Positions 19,149-24,507 of a DNA stretch of 64,000 nt are shown here, one piece after another. The stretch spans positions 140,113 through 204,112 of the forward strand of contig JANSXC010000004.1 in the NCBI GenBank assembly GCA_024743115.1, written 5' to 3'. Position numbers and translations under genes: made by a program. The notes beneath the pieces were generated by a model. The model was not told the DNA's origin and did not search any database. It saw only the letters and a program-made list of their open reading frames with translations. Each line of letters starts with the position of its first letter. The stretch's first letter is position 1. This DNA comes from a bacterium (GTDB lineage: Bacteria > Planctomycetota > UBA1135 > UBA2386).

Positions 19149-19398
19149 TGCCTTTATGATGGTCTCGGATGCGATCGGCGATGGTGGGCGCCGTGAGGGT
19201 GTTCTCACGGCGGGGTATCGCGACGCTGAGGGAGACTCGGCCCATGCAGCGATCTATGCAAAAACCCACAATAATGTAAGTATTGGGGGTTCGTGACAGC
19301 AACGCGGCGTGCGTGTGCTCCGAGACTTCAGGAGAAGTTCAGCCTCGCGAGCTCTCCGTTCCCGAGCGGGCAGTGACACGCCGCTAGTGGGGGGAGTG

Positions 19399-19475
19399 TG
19401 GCACGCCCGACAGGGATCGAACCTGTGACCTCCGGTTTAGGAAACCGATGCTCTATCCAACTGAGCTACGGGCGC
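19399..19475 (-). tRNA. tRNA-Arg (anticodon CCT), CCA encoded
   Basis: The reverse complement reads GCGCCCG TA GCTC AGTTGGATA GAGC A TCGGT TTCCTAA ACCGG AGGTC ACAGG TTCGATC CCTGT CGGGCGT G CCA. This is a full cloverleaf of 77 nt with CCT centred in the anticodon loop and the GTTCGATC T-loop. Confidence 0.95.
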
Positions 19476-19658
19476 GTGCGGTCCGAGACCGTACAGCGCG
19501 GCGTCGCCGGCATCAATCGAGCGCCAGCTCGCCGCGCGCCGCGTAGTCGTTGTCGATGATCCACGCGAGGCTCTTCAGTAGCTGCGCCCCGCTCGTGCGG
19601 GCGAACTACTGACCTATCGGTCGGTTGCAAGGTCAAGCACGCGGACTCGCGATATCCG

Positions 19659-20084
19659 TCAGCTACGAGACCGCCGCTTCGCGCGGAAGAACCGGACGAT
19701 CGGCGGCAGCACGATGGTGGCGCTCGTCGTGATCAGGCAGACCCGCGACAGGTTTGGCGCCTCCGATCCGCACGCCAGGACTACGGCGAACAAGCTGACG
19801 AAGCTGAGCCAGTAGGCGATCAGGAGCCAGAACTCCGGCTTGCGCCGCTGGCCGGAATCCATGGCGAGCGTGAAGGTCATGACGGCGGCGATGATCTGGG
19901 ACACCACGAGTACGCAGGCGAGCCGCAGGTCGGGCGGGTCCGTGAAGGCCTTCATCAACCAGCCGTAGACGAGGGCGAGGCCGAAGCTTCCGGGGCCGAT
20001 CACCCACGCCCACCAGAGGGTCTCCGGCGAGAACAGGGGTTGGGGTGCCGCAGAGTTCTCTGGTTCTGGAGCGCGATCGCCCAT
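19659..20084 (-). CDS. Small 4-TM membrane protein (141 aa), paralog of 22604-23020
   Basis: This is the C-terminal part of ORF 19659-20801, starting MGDRAPEPEN. It contains TLWWAWVIGPGSFGLALVYGW and RRKPEFWLLIAYWLSF. The rest of the 380-aa ORF is antisense to the MarR gene. Confidence 0.65.
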   Translation of the reverse strand: MGDRAPEPENSAAPQPLFSPETLWWAWVIGPGSFGLALVYGWLMKAFTDPPDLRLACVLVVSQIIAAVMTFTLAMDSGQRRKPEFWLLIAYWLSFVSLFAVVLACGSEAPNLSRVCLITTSATIVLPPIVRFFRAKRRSRS

Positions 20085-20159
20085 CGCTGTCGAGCATACG
20101 GCCGGGGCCGGAGCCTGGCCCGTGATCGCCAGGCTCCACGAAAAACCACGGAACAATAG

Positions 20160-20738
20160 TTGACCTGTCATGTAAAAAGACCGAAGAGAACCACCGTGGC
20201 AACCACTCGCAGCAAGACCAGTGCGACTACCCGCGCCAAGAACGACGCCCTTCGGCGCGGCTCGGCCAAGGACGCGATCCAGCAGGCCGCACCGTTCCGT
20301 TCGTCGGGCCAGGAGGCGCTGGTCAACCTGCTGCTGACCACGGACGCGCTCCGCTGGCGCACGAGCGAGATGCTCGGCCAGCGCGTCGAGGGGTTGACCA
20401 TGCCGCAGTACAACGTGCTGCGGATTCTGCGCGGCGCCGGGGCAAGCGGTTTGCCGACGCTGGAGATCGCGGAGCGGATGATGGAGCGCACGCCCGGAAT
20501 CACACGGATGCTCGATCGGCTCGAAGCCAAGGGCTGGGTCGAACGCGCGCGTTCCGAGGCCGATCGTCGGCAGGTGTTCTGTCGACTGACTCGCGATGGC
20601 GCCAAGGTAGTGCGCTCGCTCGACCGGCCGGTCGATGCCCTGGACGAGTCGATGTTCGCCGCGCTCTCGGCCCGCGAACGCCGGGATCTCATCCGACTGC
20701 TCGACAAGCTGCGCAACGGCTTGACCGAATCGCACTAG
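20160..20738 (+). CDS. MarR family transcriptional regulator
   Basis: ORF 20160-20738. It contains LTMPQYNVLRILRGAGASGLPTLEIAERMMERTPGITRMLDRLEAKGWVERARSEADRRQVFCRLTRDG, the MarR winged helix. The start is uncertain: TTG 20160 or GTG 20196. Confidence 0.85.
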   Translation: MTCHVKRPKRTTVATTRSKTSATTRAKNDALRRGSAKDAIQQAAPFRSSGQEALVNLLLTTDALRWRTSEMLGQRVEGLTMPQYNVLRILRGAGASGLPTLEIAERMMERTPGITRMLDRLEAKGWVERARSEADRRQVFCRLTRDGAKVVRSLDRPVDALDESMFAALSARERRDLIRLLDKLRNGLTESH

Positions 20739-20799
20739 GCGGCACCTCGCCGCCCGACGTCCCTTCTTCTTTCTTCGAACCCCTTCTTTCGATAGACAC

Positions 20800-21288
20800 A
20801 TGACTAGTCAATCAATGTCCATTCAGGCAAGGTCTTCTTCCAGCAACGTGTTCTCCCGCCTGCTGTTCGCCACGGATACGAGCGTCGCACCGGTGGTGTT
20901 GCGCTTGACGCTCGCTCTCGTGATGTTTCCGCACGGTGCCCAGAAGGCGCTCGGTTGGTTCGGTGGCTACGGCTGGAGTGGCACGATGGACGCGTTCACG
21001 AGCCAGATGGGGCTGCCCGCGTTCGTAGCTGCGGGGACGATCCTACTCGAGCTGCTCGGGCCGCTCCTGCTGCTCGCGGGCCTCGGCACCCGTCTCGTCG
21101 CGCTCGGTTTCGCGGGCCTGATGCTCGGTGCGATCGTGACCGTGCACGGCGAGCACGGGTTCTTCATGAACTGGTTCGGCGCGCAGGCTGGTGAAGGCTA
21201 CGAGTACCATCTGCTGGTGATCGGCGGTGCGCTGGCGCTCGCTCTCACGGGGGGTGGCCGTTGGTCGCTGGATCGCCGCTTCTCGTAG
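20800..21288 (+). CDS. DoxX family membrane protein
   Basis: ORF 20800-21288. It contains LRLTLALVMFPHGAQKALGWFGGYG, LELLGPLLLLAGLGTRLVAL and GGGRWSLD, the hallmark DoxX pattern. Confidence 0.9.
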   Translation: MTSQSMSIQARSSSSNVFSRLLFATDTSVAPVVLRLTLALVMFPHGAQKALGWFGGYGWSGTMDAFTSQMGLPAFVAAGTILLELLGPLLLLAGLGTRLVALGFAGLMLGAIVTVHGEHGFFMNWFGAQAGEGYEYHLLVIGGALALALTGGGRWSLDRRFS

Positions 21289-21292
21289 GCCG

Positions 21293-22069
21293 ATGACGCG
21301 CACATCGCGGGCGCCGAGTCTGTTCGTTTCGCATGGGGCGCCGTCGCTGGCGCTCGATCGCGAGCACGGTGCAGACTTCGTGCGCCTTGGTGAGGATCTT
21401 GCGGGCGTGCAGGCGATCCTCGTGGTCTCTGCGCACTGGCAGGCTTCTCCGCCGACGATCGGCACCACCAGTGTGCGGCCGCTGCTGCACGACTACACCG
21501 GTTTCGCTCCCGCGTTGCGTGAGGTCATCTACGACGCGCCCGTCGCGGCGGAGCTGGCTGCGCGCGTCGAGGCGTTGGTGCCCGGCGTGAAGCTTGCGGC
21601 GAATCGCCCGTGGGACCATGGGGTCTGGGTGCCGCTCGTTCACATGCGCGCGGCGGCTGACCTGCCGGTGCTGCAGCTCTCGCTGCCTTCGAGCCTGGCA
21701 CCGTCCGAACTCCTCGCTCTCGGTCGCGGTCTGCGGCCGTTGCGCGACGAAGGGGTGGCCGTGCTCGCGAGCGGCGGACTCGTCCACAATCTCGGCGCGC
21801 TCGATTGGACGGGCGATGCGGCGCCACCGGCGTGGAGCCTCGAGTTCGAGGGTGGCGTGCGTGAGGCGCTGCGGTTGCGCGACGTGGACGCACTCGTCGC
21901 GGCGCGTGAGCGGTTTTCGACCTACCGGCTCGCGCATCCGACCGACGAGCACTTCCTACCGCTCCTGATCGCCCTCGGGGCCGTCGATGTCGATCGCGAA
22001 GCCGTGAGCTTCCCGATCGAGGGTTTCGAGTTCGGCTCGCTCAGCCGTCTGGCCGTCCTCTGGGGCTGA
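21293..22069 (+). CDS. Class III extradiol ring-cleavage dioxygenase (LigB / 4,5-DOPA-dioxygenase YgiD-like)
   Basis: In frame with ORF 21227-22069, start ATG 21293. It contains LFVSHGAPSLAL, VVSAHWQ, WDHGVWVPL and LASGGLVHNL. Confidence 0.85.
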   Translation: MTRTSRAPSLFVSHGAPSLALDREHGADFVRLGEDLAGVQAILVVSAHWQASPPTIGTTSVRPLLHDYTGFAPALREVIYDAPVAAELAARVEALVPGVKLAANRPWDHGVWVPLVHMRAAADLPVLQLSLPSSLAPSELLALGRGLRPLRDEGVAVLASGGLVHNLGALDWTGDAAPPAWSLEFEGGVREALRLRDVDALVAARERFSTYRLAHPTDEHFLPLLIALGAVDVDREAVSFPIEGFEFGSLSRLAVLWG

Positions 22070-22137
22070 CTCCACGCGCGCGCCGTCGCCGGATTCGAGG
22101 TGCCTTGGCGGTCGAGGTGGCCTAACCTCTCGGGCCG

Positions 22138-22539
22138 ATGCGCATTCTCAGTCCCTCCACCGTTCTGCTGCTGGGTCTCGTCGCCGGATGTTCGGCCGGG
22201 CCCGCGGACGCTGACATGAAAAACGAAGACGTCTCGATCGAGACCGCCGCCGACCTCCTGGCAGGGGGCTCGGAGGTGGTCGTGCTCGACATCCGCACGC
22301 CGGCCGAATACGAGGCCGGCCACATCCCTGGCGCGATGCTCATCGATTGCAAGGCGCCGGACTTCGCTCAGAAGCTGGCCGAGCTCGACAAGAGCAAGAC
22401 CTATGTCATGCATTGAGGCTCGGGTGGACGGAGCGGCCGTGCGCTGCCCAAGTTCGAAGAGCTCGGCTTTCAGAACGTCAAGCACATGCCCGGCGGCATG
22501 AAGGGTTGGATCAAGGCGGGCAAGCCCGTGGAGAAATAG
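22138..22539 (+). CDS. Exported (lipobox) single-domain rhodanese sulfurtransferase with in-frame TGA (22414-22416) at the catalytic Cys position; candidate selenoprotein, otherwise a nonsense pseudogene
   Basis: MRILSPSTVLLLGLVAGC (lipobox), then ...EVVVLDIRTPAEYEAGHIPGAMLID...KTYVMH-TGA-GSGGRSGRALPKFEELGFQNVKHMPGGMKGWIKAGKPVEK-TAG(22537). The TGA replaces the Cys of the CxxGxR(S/T) active-site loop. The 40 downstream in-frame codons form an intact rhodanese C-terminus. Confidence 0.6.
22422..22449 (+). other. Hairpin 5 nt downstream of the in-frame UGA: candidate bacterial SECIS element
   Basis: GGGUGG/CUGCCC (6 bp including 2 G-U pairs) stacked on ACGG/CCGU, with apical loop AGCGG and a 3-nt GCG bulge on the 3' side. 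I folded this by hand only. Confidence 0.35.
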
Positions 22540-22550
22540 CTCCCGCGAGC

Positions 22551-22570
22551 GGGTGCCTGCCAGGGCACCC
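22551..22570. terminator. GC hairpin between convergent genes (GGGTGCC-tgccag-GGCACCC), putative bidirectional terminator
   Basis: A perfect 7-bp stem with a 6-nt loop lies 12 nt after the rhodanese TAG. There is no U-tract. A smaller CCCG-cgag-CGGG hairpin precedes it. Confidence 0.35.
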
Positions 22571-22616
22571 CTGCTACATCGCCCCGTGCTACATCGCCCC
22601 GTGCTACATCGCGCTG
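22571..22616. repeat. Three tandem copies of a 15-bp unit (TGCTACATCGCCCCG)
   Basis: The sequence reads c-TGCTACATCGCCCCG-TGCTACATCGCCCCG-TGCTACATCGCGCTG. The stop codon of the minus-strand gene 22604-23020 (complement CTA at 22604-22606) lies inside the third copy. Confidence 0.9.
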
Positions 22617-23020
22617 GGGGTGAGCTTCGCGCGCACGGCTGCTGCCAGGCGTGTCAGGCCGGTCAGTGCAAGCAGTGCCGCAATCGCGGCTGCGACGTGC
22701 AGCGCCGCAGTCATCGGCCGCGAGGTTAGCAGCCACGTCAGGATCGCCACCTGATAGGCGACGAGTAGCCAAAACTCGGGCGTCTTGCGGATACCCCGGC
22801 CGAGAGTCGCGATACCGACGGTCAGCACCATGCCGAAGTAGTGCCCGTAGAGGATCGGCATCGTCAGCTCCGCGGCGAGGGCGCCGGGAGCGACATTCGT
22901 TGCATGGGCGAGGTAGGCGATGGCGAGCGTTCCGGGGCCGAAGATCACGGCAACCCAGAGCAGCGTGGTTGCCATCTTGCCAGGGCTGGTCGTGGCTGCG
23001 GGTGTTGCCGTCTCGCTCAC
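22604..23020 (-). CDS. Small 4-TM membrane protein (138 aa), paralog of 19659-20084
   Basis: ORF 22604-23020. TLLWVAVIFGPGTLAIAYLAH and IRKTPEFWLLVAYQVAIL align with TLWWAWVIGPGSFGLALVYGW and RRKPEFWLLIAYWLSF of the other copy. Confidence 0.65.
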   Translation of the reverse strand: MSETATPAATTSPGKMATTLLWVAVIFGPGTLAIAYLAHATNVAPGALAAELTMPILYGHYFGMVLTVGIATLGRGIRKTPEFWLLVAYQVAILTWLLTSRPMTAALHVAAAIAALLALTGLTRLAAAVRAKLTPSAM

Positions 23021-23137
23021 TCGTGTCCTCGCCGGATTGCGTCGCTGGGCCAGGATACGTCAACGATGCGTATTCGCAGCGGTTCTTCACGCAATCGACT
23101 TCGGTATCGGCGCGGTCGAACGCATAGATTCGCCGTC

Positions 23138-24475
23138 ATGCGCTCGTTGACGTTTCTCACCACTGTCCTGCTACTCGCTGCTTGTGCCAGCAATGGTGCC
23201 TTGGAGTCCCGCTCGCCCTTCCATCCCACGCGGGTGCCCGATCGCATCCTCTTGACCTGGGCGGCGGATCCGGCGACGACCCAGACCGTGACGTGGCGGA
23301 CCGATCCCTCGTCGACGAATCCGGTGGGTGAGGTTGCCGTCGCCACGGACGGACCCGAGTTCCGCAAGCAGGCGCGACGCGTTGTGGCGAAGTCGACCGC
23401 GCTCACGACGAAACTCGGTGACGGTCGCTATCACACGCTGACGTTCGAGGGATTGCAGCCGTCGACCAAGTACTGCTACCGAGTCGGCGATGGTGCCGAG
23501 GGCGGTGCCTGGAGTGAGTGGAGCCACTTCACGACCGCGAGCGCGACGCCGGCACCGTTCTCGTTCGTCTACTTCGGGGACGCGCAGAACTCGCTCAAGT
23601 CACACTGGTCGCGGGTCGTGCGGGAAGCGTTCAAGGACGCGCCGCGCGCGAGCTTCCTGCTCCATGCCGGCGACCTGGTCAATCGTGGCAACAGCGACCA
23701 CGAGTGGGGCGAGTGGTTCTACAGTGGGGGTTGGATCTTCCGGACGATGCCGTCGCTCGCCACGCCGGGGAACCACGAATACCAGAAGGGCGAGTTGTCG
23801 CGGTTGTGGCAGCCGACGTTCGAGTTCCCGAAGAACGGCGCCGCGGGGCTCGAGGACACGTGCTACTACGTCGACTATCAGGGTGCGCGCATCATCTCGG
23901 TCGATTCCTGTGCCGACATCAAGGCGCAGGCTGCGTGGCTCGATCGCGTGCTGACCGATTGTGATGCGCGGTGGACGATCGTGACGACGCACTACCCGAT
24001 CTATTCGTCCGCGAAGAAACGCGACAATCCGAAGCATCGTGCCGCGCTACAGCCACTGTTCGACAAGCACGCGGTCGACCTCGTGCTCACGGGGCACGAT
24101 CACACCTACGGTCGAACCGGGCTCGTGCGGCATCGTCACTCTGGCGAGCATGATGACGGGGCCGCGGGGCAGGAGGAGCACGAGCACGCCGACGCTCCGG
24201 GTGACGGTGCGGTCGAGAACGTTCCCGTCGGCGTGCGCGCGCGCAGCGACGAGTCCGGAACCGTCTACGTCGTCTCCGTGAGCGGCCCGAAGATGTATCC
24301 GCTGGCGAGCAATCCGCTGTTCGTGCGCGCGGCGCAGAACAAACAGCTCTACCAGATCCTGACCGTCGAACACGACGAGCTGCGCTTCGCCGCTTACACC
24401 GCAGTCGGCGAGCTGTTCGACTCGTTCGTGCTGAAGAAGGTGGAAGGCAGCCCGAACGAGCTGGTCGAACAGTAG
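23138..24475 (+). CDS. Purple-acid-phosphatase-like metallophosphoesterase lipoprotein
   Basis: In frame with ORF 22841-24475, start ATG 23138 (MRSLTFLTTVLLLAACASN, a lipobox). The N-domain has LTWAADPATTQTVTWRT...YCYRVGDG. The metallophosphatase motifs FGDAQ, GDLVNRG, GNHEY and TGHDHTY are present. Confidence 0.88.
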   Translation: MRSLTFLTTVLLLAACASNGALESRSPFHPTRVPDRILLTWAADPATTQTVTWRTDPSSTNPVGEVAVATDGPEFRKQARRVVAKSTALTTKLGDGRYHTLTFEGLQPSTKYCYRVGDGAEGGAWSEWSHFTTASATPAPFSFVYFGDAQNSLKSHWSRVVREAFKDAPRASFLLHAGDLVNRGNSDHEWGEWFYSGGWIFRTMPSLATPGNHEYQKGELSRLWQPTFEFPKNGAAGLEDTCYYVDYQGARIISVDSCADIKAQAAWLDRVLTDCDARWTIVTTHYPIYSSAKKRDNPKHRAALQPLFDKHAVDLVLTGHDHTYGRTGLVRHRHSGEHDDGAAGQEEHEHADAPGDGAVENVPVGVRARSDESGTVYVVSVSGPKMYPLASNPLFVRAAQNKQLYQILTVEHDELRFAAYTAVGELFDSFVLKKVEGSPNELVEQ

Positions 24476-24507
24476 ACCCGTCAGGAGCAACGTAGCTGCC
24501 CGCCGCG

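Noticed and set aside
22571-22616. Tandem 15-bp repeats considered as a mini CRISPR array.
   Set aside because: The copies are directly adjacent with no spacers, the unit is too short, and no cas genes are in the window.
19149-23020. A genomic island or prophage integrated at tRNA-Arg.
   Set aside because: I could find no integrase, transposase or phage genes, and no repeat of the tRNA 3' end within the window. Only weak circumstantial signs exist, and these are listed as a low-interest finding.
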